A stretch of DNA of 64,000 bases from an uncultured Actinomycetes bacterium (GCA_963706885.1 CAVPNX010000023.1:14265-78264); one strand, 5' to 3'; shown: positions 38,637 to 51,604, counted from the first letter of the stretch. Notes: generated from the letters alone by a model not told the origin. A program made the numbers and translations.

Positions 38637-40378
38637 ATGAGTAAGGCAACCACGAGCGCGAAGGTGGCGGCTCTCGCTGCTGCGTCCGCGCTCCTGCTGG
38701 CCGCCTGTGGGGGCTCGGACAGTGGTGACGCTGCTGCCAGCGGAGGGGCGGGTGAGCCCACCAAGGGTGGCGCGCTGACCTTCCTGACCGAGGGTGAGCA
38801 GTTCAACCACCTCGACCCGCAGCGCAACTACACCGGCGAGGACCTCGCGTTCACCACCGGGTACCTGAACCGCACGCTGGTCCAGTACGCCCTGTACGCC
38901 GACGACAACGAGGCCGGCAACCTGGTCCCGGATCTGGCGACCGACATCGGCACTCCCACCGAGGGCGGCAAGGTCTGGAGCTTCACCCTCAAGGACGGCA
39001 TCAAGTTCGAGGACGGCACACCGATCACCTGTGCCGAGGTCGCCTACGGCGTCTCCCGGACCTTCGCCACCGACGTCATCACCGACGGGCCCGCAGTACG
39101 CGATCTCGCTGCTGGACATCCCCAAGGATGACGACGGCACCTCGGCCTACAAGGGCCCGTACGACGGCACCGGCCAGGAGCTCTTCGACAAGGCGGTGAC
39201 CTGCTCCGAGGACGGCAAGACCGTCACCTTCAACCTCGCGCAGCCTGCCGCGGACTTCAACTACACCACGACGCTGACGGCGTTCTCGCCCGTCCCCAAG
39301 GCTGCGGACACCGGTGAGAAGTACGACGACAAGCCGCTGGCCTCCGGCCCGTACAAGATCGAGTCCTACCAGAAGGGCACGTCGCTGAAGCTGGTCCGCA
39401 ACGACCGAGTACGATCCGGCCACCGACGAGTCGGGCCGCGGCGCCTACCCGGACACCATCGAGGTCAAGTTCGCCGTGCCCCTGTCGGTGTCCAGCCAGC
39501 GGCTCATCGCCGACTCCGGCGAGGACCAGAAGATGACCACCATCGGCCTGCAGCTCGATCCCGCGCAGCTGGCCGCGGTCTTCAACGACCCGAAGTTCGA
39601 GGACCGTCGGTTCGATGACTTCGATCCGTACTCGATCTACCACGCCATCAACACCGAGAAGGTGCCGAACGTCGAGCACCGCAAGGCGATCGCCGCCGCG
39701 TACCCGCGCGAGGACCTGCGCACCATCGCCGGTGGCAACTTCGCCGGTGACCTCGCCGACGGCGTGATCAAGCCCAACCTGGCCCTGGACTACCAGCCCT
39801 CGGGCATGTGGACGGGCCTGCTCGGCGCGGAGATCCCGGACAACGGGGACCCGGAGATCGCGAAGAAGTTCATCGCCGACTCCGGCGAGCCGATGCCGGA
39901 GCTGACGTTCGACTACCAGAAGACCGAGGTCAACGACAAGGCCGCCGCGGCGATCGTGACGGCCCTGGAGAAGGCCGGCATCAAGGTCACCCCGAACCCG
40001 CTCGATCCGGGTGGCTACTACGGCATCGTGATGGACCCGGACAAGGCCGGCTCGATCATGACCGGAGGCTGGGGACCGGACTGGTTGAACGCCTCCACGG
40101 TCATCCCCGAGCTGTTCACCCCGGCGGGCGGATTCAACCTGTCGCTGTGGGACAACCCGGAGTTCACCAAGGCCTCCGATGAGGCCAAGCAGATCGCCGA
40201 CCGCACCGCACAGGGTGCGGCCTGGGCCGAGCTGAACAAGCAGGCGATGGCCGAGGTCGTCGTCGTGCCGACGCGGTTCAGCCGGCAGCAGGGCATCGTC
40301 GGTTCCAAGATCGGCGGAGCGTTCGTCTGGGCGCCGTACGGCTCCTGGAACTACGCGAACATGTACGTCGCGCAGTAG
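38637..40378 (+). pseudogene. Peptide ABC transporter substrate-binding lipoprotein (family 5 SBP), two frame breaks (about 39090 and 39406)
   Basis: Three consecutive frames: ORF 38637-39131 (lipobox LLAAC), ORF 39031-39618 (QYAISLLDIPKDDDG...LKLVRND) and ORF 39476-40378. Extra G in GACGGGCCCGC and extra C in AACGACCGAG. Length is 3n+2. Confidence 0.85.
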
Positions 40379-40475
40379 ACGCATGACCGGTGGGGCGGCT
40401 CGGAAGAGCCGCCCCACCGGGTACCACCCCTGACCCGTTCCCCCCGCGCTGAACCTCCCGAGGAGGAGACCTCAC

Positions 40476-41464
40476 ATGGGTGCCTACGTCATCAGGCGAA
40501 TCCTGTTGATGTTCCTGATGCTCTTCCTCGTCACGGTCGCGGTCTTCATCCTCTTCTCCCTGGTCCCCACCGATCCGGCGCGGCTCACCTGCGGGAAGGC
40601 CTGCACCCCGGAGATCATCGAGGCCAACCGGGAGCGACTGGGCCTGGCCGACCCATTGCTCGTGCAGTACTGGGAGTGGTTCAAGGGACTGTTCGTCGGG
40701 CGCACCTACGCCGAGGGCACCCCCGTGGAGTTCTCCTGCCCGGCACCTGCCCTGGGCTACTCCTTCCGCAACGGTGAGTGCGTGACGCAGCTGATCGCCG
40801 AGCGCATGCCCGTGACGATCGAGCTGGCCATCGGGGCGTTCATCCTCTGGATGGTCGTGGGCGTCCTGTCCGGCATCTACGCGGCACTGCGGCGTGGCCG
40901 GTGGCAGGACCGCTCGATCGTGAGCCTGGCCCTCGTCGGCTACTCGTTCCCCACCTTCTTCATCGGCCTGACCCTGCTGTTCTTCGTGGTCATCAAGTGG
41001 GGGATCCTGCCCTACCCCGACTACGTGCCGCCCACTGAGGACCCCGTGCAGTGGTTCCAGACCATGATCCTGCCCTGGATCACCGTGGCGCTGGTGTACG
41101 CGGCCTTCTACACCAGGCTCACCCGGACGCAGATGCTCGAGACCCTCGGCGAGGACTACATCCGGACCGCCCGTGCCAAGGGCCTTCCCGAGCGCGTCGT
41201 CATCCGCAAGCACGCCTTCCGCGCCGGCCTGACCCCCATCGTGACGGCAGCGGGGCTCGACTTCGCCGGCCTGCTCGGCGGCGCGGTCGTGACCGAGACG
41301 ATCTTCCAGCTTCCGGGGGTCGGCCGGCTGGCCATCGAGTCCGTCCAGGACTACGACCTGCCGATCATCGTCGGGACGACCGTGGTCTTCGCGGTGATCG
41401 TCATCATCGCGAACCTGATCGTGGACCTGCTCTACGGCGCCATCGATCCCCGAGTGAGGCTGTC

Positions 41465-41468
<4 letters not shown>
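40476..41468 (+). CDS. Peptide ABC transporter permease (OppB/DppB-like)
   Basis: ORF track, 330 aa. MGAYVIRRILLMFLMLF..., EAA loop EDYIRTARAKGLPERVV. Confidence 0.9.
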
Positions 41469-42501
<1,033 letters not shown>

Positions 42502-42505
<4 letters not shown>

Positions 42506-43788
42506 GCACCATCGAGCGCACCGGTGAGCCGCTGCTGAAGGTGACCGGGCTGAAGAAGCACTTCCCGATCACCAAGGGAATCGTGTTCAAGAAGCAGATC
42601 GGGGCGGTGAAGGCCGTCGACGGCCTCGATCTGGAGGTCTACCCCGGGGAGACGGTCGGGCTGGTGGGCGAGTCCGGCTGCGGCAAGTCCACGGCTGGTC
42701 GGACGATGACCAAGCTGCTCGAGCCCACAGCCGGTCAGATCATGTTCGACGGCAGGGACATCACCTCGCTGTCCAAGCGCCAGCTGGTGCCCCTGCGCAA
42801 GCAGATGGCGATGATCTTCCAGGACCCCTATTCATCGTTGAACCCACGACACACGGTGGGCACGATCGTCAGTGCCCCGTTCCAGGTGCAGGGCCAGACC
42901 CCTCCCGGCGGGGTGAAGCAGGCCGTCCAGGACATCATGGCCCGCGTCGGGCTCAACCCAGAGCACTACAACCGGTACCCGAACGAGTTCTCCGGCGGGC
43001 AGCGCCAGCGCATCGGGATCGCCCGGGCCGTGGCCCTGCAGCCGAAGCTGATCATCTGCGACGAGCCGGTCTCCGCCCTCGACGTGTCCGTCCAGGCCCA
43101 GGTCGTCAACCTGCTCGAGGACCTCCAGGACGAGTTCAAGATCACGTTCGTCTTCATCGCCCACGACCTGTCGGTGATCCGGCACATCTCCGACCGCGTC
43201 GTGGTGATGTACCTGGGCAAGGTCATGGAGGTCGCCTCCCGCGACGACCTGTACCACCGCCCCGAGCACCCCTACACCCACGCCCTGCTCTCGGCCGTCC
43301 CGATCCCCGATCCCGACCTCGAGGACGCCCGCGAGCGGATCCTGCTCCAGGGCGACCTGCCCAGCCCCAGCAACCCGCCGAGCGGGTGCGTGTTCCGGAC
43401 CCGCTGCTACAAGGCCCAGGACCTGTGCGCCCAGGAGGTGCCCACGCTGACCACCCGCCCCGGGGGTCACGCGGTGGCCTGCCACTTCCCGGAGGTCCGC
43501 ACGTTCGGCGGAGCCGCCGCAGCCGGTCCCCGACGCCCCAACCGGCGCCGAGTTCGCCCAAGGCTGACGAGCCCGCCGGCGCACGCCCAGCCGCAGGCCC
43601 ACCCGGCCCCACGGCGCACGCCCACCCTGCCCCACTCCCAGCCGCCGGCGAGGGCGCGCCCAGCCGCACGTGACGGCGCCCAGCCCGCCGCCGTGACTCG
43701 GTTCCCCCTCCCCGATTCCCGCTCGCCCTCCACGAGTGCGTTCCTCCTCCCCGAATTCGTGGAGGCAGAGCGGAAATCGGGAGGGTGA
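42502..43788 (+). CDS. Peptide ABC transporter ATP-binding protein (OppF-like); last about 95 codons are low-complexity and doubtful
   Basis: ORF track, 428 aa. [18 protein letters not shown], ...CHFPE. After that comes a P/A/R-rich tail running into a long hairpin. Confidence 0.8.
43707..43784 (+). terminator. Long imperfect hairpin (about 28-bp stem) at the end of the peptide ABC operon
   Basis: CCTCCCCGATTCCCGCTCGCCCTCCACGA (43707-43735) pairs with TCGTGGAGGCAGAGCGGAAATCGGGAGG (43757-43784), 21-nt loop. Overlaps the annotated oppF stop. Confidence 0.45.
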
Positions 43789-43872
43789 CCGTGTGGCGGG
43801 GGCGGCGGGGCGCGGGGGCGGCGGGCGGGCGGGAGCTGCTGATGCGGGGATTCGCGACTAGCCTGTGGGCCT

Positions 43873-44763
43873 ATGGAACCTGCTGATCGCCGCCTCCTGC
43901 TTGTCCACGCCCATCCCGACGACGAGACGATCGGGTCGGGGACCACGATGGCCCGCTATGCCGCCACGCCGGGGACGTCGGTCACCCTCGTGACCTGCAC
44001 GCTGGGTGAGGAGGGGGAGGTCCTGCTGCCTGAGGTGTCGCACCTGGCGGCGGACAAGGAGGACCGCCTCGGCGAGCACCGGATGACCGAGCTGGCCGAC
44101 GCGATGGCCGCGCTGGGCGTCACGGACTGGCGGCTGCTCGGAGGGCCCGGGACCTACCGCGACTCGGGGATGGTGGGCACGGCGCCCAACGAGCGTCCCG
44201 ACTGCTTCTGGCGTGCCGACCTGCTCGCCGCGACCACACACCTGGTGCAGGTCATCCGGGAGGTGCGCCCCCAGGTCCTCGTGACGTACGACGACTTCGG
44301 CGGGTACGGCCATCCCGACCACATCCAGGCCCACCGGGTCGCGATGTACGGAATCGCCCTGGCCGAGGCGCCGTCCTTCCGCCCCGACCTGGGCGAGGCG
44401 CACAGCGTCGCCAAGGTCTACTGGACGGCCTTCCCGAAGGGTGTCCTGCGTGCGGGCATCGAGGAGCTGCGCGCCGCGGGGGAGACGACGGGGTTCGCGG
44501 CGATGGATCCCGACGAGCTCCCGTTCGGGATCGACGACGCCCTGGTGACCACCGCCATCGACGGCAGCGGGTTCTACGAGCACAAGCTCAACGCCATGCG
44601 TGCCCACGCCACGCAGATCTCGCTGGACAGCGGCTTCTTCGCGCTGAGCAACAACGTCGGCTCACCGACCTGGTCGACGGAGTACTTCCGGCTCGTGCGC
44701 GGCCAGGCGGCGGGTCCGTTCGACTCCGATGGCCGCGAGACGGACCTCTTCGCCGGGGTGTGA
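43873..44763 (+). CDS. mshB: GlcNAc-Ins deacetylase MshB (LmbE family, mycothiol biosynthesis)
   Basis: ORF track, 296 aa. [30 protein letters not shown]. Position next to typA/opp as in mycobacteria (from memory). Confidence 0.85.
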   Translation: MEPADRRLLLVHAHPDDETIGSGTTMARYAATPGTSVTLVTCTLGEEGEVLLPEVSHLAADKEDRLGEHRMTELADAMAALGVTDWRLLGGPGTYRDSGMVGTAPNERPDCFWRADLLAATTHLVQVIREVRPQVLVTYDDFGGYGHPDHIQAHRVAMYGIALAEAPSFRPDLGEAHSVAKVYWTAFPKGVLRAGIEELRAAGETTGFAAMDPDELPFGIDDALVTTAIDGSGFYEHKLNAMRAHATQISLDSGFFALSNNVGSPTWSTEYFRLVRGQAAGPFDSDGRETDLFAGV

Positions 44764-44863
44764 CCCAGCTGGACCCAACCAGCGCCCAGACGGCGAGGCC
44801 CAATGGGCCGCGACGGGCGGTGCGGCGCACCCGGTGAGGAGCGAACGGGCTGCGACGGGTTCA

Positions 44864-44970
44864 GAGTTGGGCACCGTGAAGCCCGAAAGAGCCGCGAAGG
44901 GGCAGCGAGCTGAGCGTCGTGAAGCCCGACGGGGCTGAGACGGTTGCGAGCTGAGCACCGTGAGGCCCGA
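44864..44970. repeat. Tandem repeat of about 42 bp, x3, core GAGYTGRGCRYCGTGARGCCCGA
   Basis: Core copies at 44864-44886, 44907-44929 and 44948-44970. Intergenic, upstream of the lipoprotein gene. Confidence 0.7.
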
Positions 44971-45074
44971 CGGGCGCGAACCAACCGGTGGCGCCCCGGG
45001 TATAGTTCCGCTGTCCGCACATCGGGGGTCGCGACTGCGTCTGCGGGTGGCCCCCCACCCCTGGAGGGATCCCC

Positions 45075-45566
45075 ATGTTCACGTTCCGCAAGACTGCCGG
45101 CGTCGCCGCGGCGCTCGCCCTGGCCCTCTCGTTGTCGGCCTGCTCGTCGAGCAGTGACACCGCCGCCGAGACCCCCGCTGCGTCAGCCCCTGCCGCGTCC
45201 GCCCCCGCCAGTCCCACCAGCTCCGTGGGAGCGGCCAACGAGGCGTTCTGCGCCAGCACCGCTGCACTCAAGACCGAGCTCGGCGACCTCAAGACCCTGG
45301 TCACCGGTGGGTCGCTCACCAAGGAGGCGCTGCAGGCGCAGAAGCAGGACCTCACGACCGCAGGCACGCAGGCCAAGACCGACGCCCAGGCGCTCGACGC
45401 AGCCGTCGAGGCCCAGGTCACGGCCGCCCAGGCCGCGTTCCAGGCGGCCGTCGATGCCATCCCGGCCGACCAGACCGGGGTCAAGGAGGTCGCGGCCTAC
45501 GTGGCCGCCGGCGCGGTCTTCGTCACGGCCCTCGACGCGATCGACAACCAGGTCGGCTGCTCCTGA
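45075..45566 (+). CDS. Secreted lipoprotein, alpha-helical, function unknown
   Basis: ORF track, 163 aa. Signal peptide plus lipobox LSLSAC, Ala/Pro/Ser linker, helical A/Q/T-rich body. No family recognised. Confidence 0.7.
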   Translation: MFTFRKTAGVAAALALALSLSACSSSSDTAAETPAASAPAASAPASPTSSVGAANEAFCASTAALKTELGDLKTLVTGGSLTKEALQAQKQDLTTAGTQAKTDAQALDAAVEAQVTAAQAAFQAAVDAIPADQTGVKEVAAYVAAGAVFVTALDAIDNQVGCS

Positions 45567-45583
45567 TCCCTCGTACCGACGGA

Positions 45584-45632
45584 CGTGGGCCCGCCTGACC
45601 CGCAGGGCCCACGTGCACGCCGGGTCAGGCGG
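45584..45632. terminator. Overlapping GC-rich hairpins between convergent genes
   Basis: CGTGGGCCC (45584-45592) / GGGCCCACG (45605-45613), and CCGCCTGACCCG (45591-45602) / CGGGTCAGGCGG (45621-45632). Confidence 0.5.
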
Positions 45633-45688
45633 CCGCGCCCCTGCACCGGCGTCCCTCGTGCATGCGAGGCCCGGGGCTGCCCGTACGG

Positions 45689-47191
45689 TCAGGGGACCGC
45701 GAACCGGCCCTGCCCGACGCGCCGCGCCCGGGTGGCGGGGCCGCCGAAGCTGGGCGGCCCCAGGGGGGCGCCGGCACCTGCCTGCGCCCTCCCCGGATCA
45801 ACCCCCGGCGTGGGTGCCTCGATCAGGATCCCGCCGAGCAGCACGCCGTCCAGCGCCCCGGACCCGACGCTGATCCTCCGGGAGTTCGACCACGCCGCCT
45901 CGTCCTGCTGCGCGAGCGTGCGGGCCTGGTAGGCCAGGGCGTCCGCCGATCGCAGGTGCGCCAGTGCGCCGGTCGGGTCCGCGTCCCCCAGGTCTGTCCC
46001 GGTCGCCAGGTGGTGGCGAGCCTGGCTGATCCGGGCTCGTGCCTCCAGCCCGACCGCGGCACGCCGGGTCGTGATCAGCTCGTCGGCCGCGCGGACCGTC
46101 GCCCGTGCGCCGTACCAGGCCGTGGCCAGCAGCGCGATGGCCCGTTCCTGCGTGTCGTCATCCGTGCGGATCGGGCCCAGCGCCTGGCCGAGGGCCAGGT
46201 CGGCGTCCTGGAGGGCCCGGCGCGTCTCCAGGGGGTCGTAGGAGCCGGAGGCGACCCCCGCATCAGCCCAGCCCAGGGTCTCGCGGGCGTACAGCCCTTT
46301 GGCCACCAGCTCGTCGGTCACGCCGAGGCGCTCGGCGTCGGCGATGTCCTTCTCGGTCTGGCGCAGCAGGGTCGTCACGGCCTCCTGGGCCTTGGCCAGG
46401 ACTCGCGGGGCGCGGTCGACCGACGCCAGCAGCCGGGTCGCCTGGATCAGCGCCTCCTCGACGGCACGCGCACGGCTGGCGGCGCCGCGACGGTCTCCAG
46501 CGTCGAGCAGCTCCCGCCCAGCGGTGATCGACTCCTGCGCGAACCGCAGCCGTTCGCTGGCCTGCTCGAGGTCGTCGACCACGCTGGCGGTCGATGCCCG
46601 GGGGAACTGGGTCGTCAGCGTCTCGGTGGTGGCCGTCGAGGCGACCAACCGGTCCTGGAGCACCACCAGGTCGTCGGCCCGGTCGTCCAGCACGTCGCCC
46701 ACCCGACCCTCGAGGTCGCGCCGGGCGTCGAACCGTGGCACGAGGACGTCCAGGTGCGACCCCGCGGCACCGCACCGGGTGAGGATCTCCTCGAGCTGGG
46801 CGCGCTCGGCGTCCTGCTCGGCGTCCCCATCGGCGTGCTCCTGGGCCCGTTGCGCCGAGGCGAAGGCCCGCTGCAGCTCCTCGCGCGCCTGGTCAAGCGC
46901 TGCGGTGAACGGCTCGACCTCGTCGTCCCCGAGCTCGGAGCGGGCGACCTCCAGCTCCAGCTGCGAGGACCGGATCGCATCATCGGTGGCCACCAGGGCG
47001 ACCGCGGCCAGCGCGCGCAGGTCGTCGATCGTCGCGGGGGCGGTCGGTCCAGTTCCGGCTCCGGGGCCGCCAGTGCCACCGGGATCGCCGTCGTCGCCCC
47101 CCCGGTCGGGCGTGGACCGCCGCTGCCGCCACCAGGCATAGCCGGCCGCAACACACAGCAGGAGGATGCCCGCGCCGATCCAGGTCCACAC
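45689..47191 (-). CDS. N-terminally anchored coiled-coil membrane protein, function unknown
   Basis: ORF track, 500 aa. One TM (WIGAGILLLCVAAGYAWW), then a long helical D/E/A/R/L-rich body and a G-rich tail ...SFGGPATRARR.GQGRF. Confidence 0.6.
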   Translation of the reverse strand: MWTWIGAGILLLCVAAGYAWWRQRRSTPDRGGDDGDPGGTGGPGAGTGPTAPATIDDLRALAAVALVATDDAIRSSQLELEVARSELGDDEVEPFTAALDQAREELQRAFASAQRAQEHADGDAEQDAERAQLEEILTRCGAAGSHLDVLVPRFDARRDLEGRVGDVLDDRADDLVVLQDRLVASTATTETLTTQFPRASTASVVDDLEQASERLRFAQESITAGRELLDAGDRRGAASRARAVEEALIQATRLLASVDRAPRVLAKAQEAVTTLLRQTEKDIADAERLGVTDELVAKGLYARETLGWADAGVASGSYDPLETRRALQDADLALGQALGPIRTDDDTQERAIALLATAWYGARATVRAADELITTRRAAVGLEARARISQARHHLATGTDLGDADPTGALAHLRSADALAYQARTLAQQDEAAWSNSRRISVGSGALDGVLLGGILIEAPTPGVDPGRAQAGAGAPLGPPSFGGPATRARRVGQGRFAVP

Positions 47192-47290
47192 GTCGGTCGG
47201 CGGCCGTGGCGTCCTCGGCAGCCATGAGGATCGGTGGAGCGCCCAGCGCGCCCCCCGCGAGCTGGGAGAGGAACCCGGTCCCTGTCGTGG

Positions 47291-48031
47291 TCAGCCCTGC
47301 TCCGCGGCCATGGCTGCACCCGCGATGCCGGCCTGGTTCTCCAGCTGGGCGGCCACGATGTCGGCGCGGATGTCGATCATGTGCAGGTACTTGTCCGCCT
47401 TGCGGCTGATGCCCCCGCCCACGACGATCAGGTCCGGGGAGAACAGGAAGTCCAGGTGCGAGTAGAAGCGCTGCAACCGCGGCGCCCACTCCTTGTAGCT
47501 CAGGCCCTCACGCTCCTTGGCCGCGGAGGAGGCCCGCGCCTCCGCGGACTCCCCGTCGATCTCCAGGTGCCCGAACTCGGTGTTGGGGACCAGCTTCCCG
47601 TCGAGGAACAGGGCACTTCCGATGCCGGTGCCCAGCGTCGTGACGATGACCACCCCGTCGCGGCCCTTGGCCACGCCGAAGTCCACCTCGGCCAGGCCGG
47701 CGGCGTCCGCGTCGTTGAGGACGGTGACCGGTCGCCCGGCCCGCTCGGTCAGCAGGCTGGCGAGGTCCACGCCGAGCCAGTGCGGGCCGAGGTTGGCCGC
47801 CGAGTACAGCACCCCACGCTTGACGATGCCCGGGAAGGTGCAGCCGAACGGACCGTCCCAACCGGCCTTGTCGACCACGTCGAGCACGGTCTGCACGACG
47901 TCGTCGATGGCGTACCCCTTGGGCGTCGGGTACTTGATCCGATCGCTTGCCAGCTCGCCCGTCTCGAGGTTGACCCGCGCGCCCTTGGTGCCGCTACCGC
48001 CGATGTCCACGCCGAATCCGATGAGTTCCAT
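47291..48031 (-). CDS. ppgK: Polyphosphate glucokinase (ROK family)
   Basis: Starts MELIGFGVDIGGSGTKGARV (codon 80 of ORF 47291-48268), 246 aa. ROK motifs LNDADAAG and TLGTGIGSALF. Confidence 0.85.
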   Translation of the reverse strand: MELIGFGVDIGGSGTKGARVNLETGELASDRIKYPTPKGYAIDDVVQTVLDVVDKAGWDGPFGCTFPGIVKRGVLYSAANLGPHWLGVDLASLLTERAGRPVTVLNDADAAGLAEVDFGVAKGRDGVVIVTTLGTGIGSALFLDGKLVPNTEFGHLEIDGESAEARASSAAKEREGLSYKEWAPRLQRFYSHLDFLFSPDLIVVGGGISRKADKYLHMIDIRADIVAAQLENQAGIAGAAMAAEQG

Positions 48032-48201
48032 GGCCCGATCGTAGGGTCCGCAGGGGCCCTGTCGCAGCCCGTGCGTCGCTGCCTGTTGATCATCCTCACG
48101 CTGCGTCGCCGGGCCACTCGCCCGTTCGGGTGAACCCCACCCCGCCACGACCACGCTGGGCGGTTCCCTGCCCCACCATGGAGGCAACAAGGAGGTGCGA
48201 G

Positions 48202-50115
48202 ATGTCGATGCTCGACGAGGTGGGCTCAGGACGACTGTCAACGGCAACCAGCGACGTGGGGGCTGCACGGGAGCGGGCGCGGGGTCACCGGCTGGGCCGG
48301 GTCGGCTTCGTCCTTGCGATCCCGATGGTCTGGATGTGGTGGCGGATCATCATCGGGCGTCCGGTCGACCTCACCGAGCTGTCGCTGCCGACCATCGACC
48401 CGTTCCTGCTGATCGTCGGCGTCTTCTTCGGGGTCATGATCGTCATGACCCTCGGGGTGACCCTGGTCGCGGGCCGCTCGCCGCACGTCACCTACCGCCC
48501 CGAGCAGATCGACGTCTCCCTGGCTGACGTCAAGGGCATCGACCTGGTCAAGGCCGACGTGGTGCGCTCCCTGAACCTCTTCCTGGCCAACCGTGCCTTC
48601 CGCGCCGAGATGGGCGGCACGCCGCGCCGGGGCCTGCTCTTCGAAGGCCCCCCCGGGACGGGCAAGACCTACCTGGCCAAGGCGATGGCCGCCGAGGCCG
48701 GCGTGCCGTTCCTGTTCGTGTCGGCCACGAGCTTCCAGTCCATGTACTACGGCGCGACCGCCCGCAAGATCCGCTCCTACTTCAAGGCCCTGCGCAAGGC
48801 CGCCCGCCAGGAGGGTGGCGCGATCGGCTTCATCGAGGAGATCGACGCCATCGCCATGGCCCGCTCCGGGGTCGGGTCGTCGGCCACGCCCATGGTCGCT
48901 GCCAACCTGACCGCGCCGATGTGCTGCGGCGGGCTCTCCGGGCTGCCGGCCACCTCGTTGTCGGCCGCCACCGGGGGAGGCTCCGGGACGGTCGTGTCCA
49001 CCATGATCTCCGAGGGCACCGGCGGCGTGGTCAACGAGCTGCTCGTCCAGATGCAGTCCTTCGACTCACCCGACGGCTGGCAGAAGGTCCAGGCCTGGTT
49101 CATCGACCGGATCAACCTGTTCCTGCCGGTCCACCGCCAGCTCCAGCGCCCCGTGCCGGCTGCCGCGACGATCCTGCTGATCGCCGCCACCAACCGCGCG
49201 GACAACCTCGACCCCGCGCTGCTGCGTCCGGGCCGCTTCGACCGTCGACTCAGCTTCGACCCGCCGTCCCGCGCCGGGCGCCTGGAGCTCATCGACCACT
49301 TCCTCGACCACAAGTCGCACGCGTCGGACCTCGACGATCCCGACGTGCGCGCCGGGATCGCGGCGGTCACCCAGGGCTACACGCCGGTCATGATCGAGCA
49401 CCTCCTCGACGAGGCGCTGGTCAACGCCCTGCGCCGCGGGGACGCCGCGATGAACCGTGCCGACGTCGAGTCCGCCCGGCTCACCGAGGAGGTCGGGATG
49501 GGCCAGCCGGTGGCCTACACGCCGCACGAGACCCGTCTCATCGCCACCCACGAGTCCGGTCACGCGACGATGGCCCACCTGGTCGCCCCGCACCGCCGGC
49601 TCGAGGTCCTGAGCATCATCAAGCGCCGCGACGCCCTGGGCATGCTCGCCCACGGCGACAGTGAGGACGTGTTCACCCGGTCGCGCAGCGAGATGCTCGC
49701 CCTGATCCAGATCGCCATGGGTGGGCAGGTCGCTGAGGAGCTGTTCTTCGGCGACATCTCCACCGGTCCCGGTGGGGACCTGTCCTACGCCACCACCGTG
49801 GCCGCGCAGATGGTCGGCGCGGTCGGCATGGGTGGGTCGCTGGTCAGCCTCGCCGCCGTCCAGCAGGGCGCGCTGGCTGACTCGAACCTCGTCGGCCGGG
49901 TGCTGTCCGACCCTGCCGGTCGGGCGGCGGTGGAGGCCATCCTGTCCGACCAGAAGCAGGTCGCCCGCGAGCTGCTGGACGCCAACCGGCACATCGTCGA
50001 GGCGTTGCGTGATGCGCTGATCGAGCGCCACGAGCTGGTCGGCCGGCAGATCCGCGAGGTCATCGACTCCGCGGCCCCGCAGGTCGACCTCCGGGTCCCG
50101 GCGCCGATCGGCTGA
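48202..50115 (+). CDS. FtsH-like AAA+ ATPase / M41 zinc metalloprotease paralog
   Basis: ATG 48202 lies 6 nt after AAGGAGG (codon 25 of ORF 48130-50115). 2 TM, GPPGTGKTYLAKA, GFIEEIDA, ATNRADNLDPALLRPGRFDR, HESGHA. Confidence 0.8.
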   Translation: MSMLDEVGSGRLSTATSDVGAARERARGHRLGRVGFVLAIPMVWMWWRIIIGRPVDLTELSLPTIDPFLLIVGVFFGVMIVMTLGVTLVAGRSPHVTYRPEQIDVSLADVKGIDLVKADVVRSLNLFLANRAFRAEMGGTPRRGLLFEGPPGTGKTYLAKAMAAEAGVPFLFVSATSFQSMYYGATARKIRSYFKALRKAARQEGGAIGFIEEIDAIAMARSGVGSSATPMVAANLTAPMCCGGLSGLPATSLSAATGGGSGTVVSTMISEGTGGVVNELLVQMQSFDSPDGWQKVQAWFIDRINLFLPVHRQLQRPVPAAATILLIAATNRADNLDPALLRPGRFDRRLSFDPPSRAGRLELIDHFLDHKSHASDLDDPDVRAGIAAVTQGYTPVMIEHLLDEALVNALRRGDAAMNRADVESARLTEEVGMGQPVAYTPHETRLIATHESGHATMAHLVAPHRRLEVLSIIKRRDALGMLAHGDSEDVFTRSRSEMLALIQIAMGGQVAEELFFGDISTGPGGDLSYATTVAAQMVGAVGMGGSLVSLAAVQQGALADSNLVGRVLSDPAGRAAVEAILSDQKQVARELLDANRHIVEALRDALIERHELVGRQIREVIDSAAPQVDLRVPAPIG

Positions 50116-50122
50116 GCGCCGC

Positions 50123-50183
50123 GGGGCTGTGCGCCGGAGGGGCTGGGCGCCGGTGGGGCTGGGCGCCGGTGGGGCTGGGCGCA
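50123..50183. repeat. 16-bp tandem repeat, about 3.8 copies, unit GGGGCTGGGCGCCGGT
   Basis: Copies at 50123, 50139, 50155 and 50171 (partial). Lies between the convergent FtsH-like and gltA genes. Confidence 0.7.
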
Positions 50184-50311
50184 GCGCGCGCCTGGCCGCC
50201 GGTGGGGCCGCTGCCCGCCCGGGCGCCCCCGGCCCGTCGGCCCGCCACCTGGGTGCCGGTGGGGGCCTCGGGCGCCGGAGCGTCGCGCGATCGAGCTCCC
50301 CGGCCCGTCCC

Positions 50312-51604
<1,293 letters not shown>

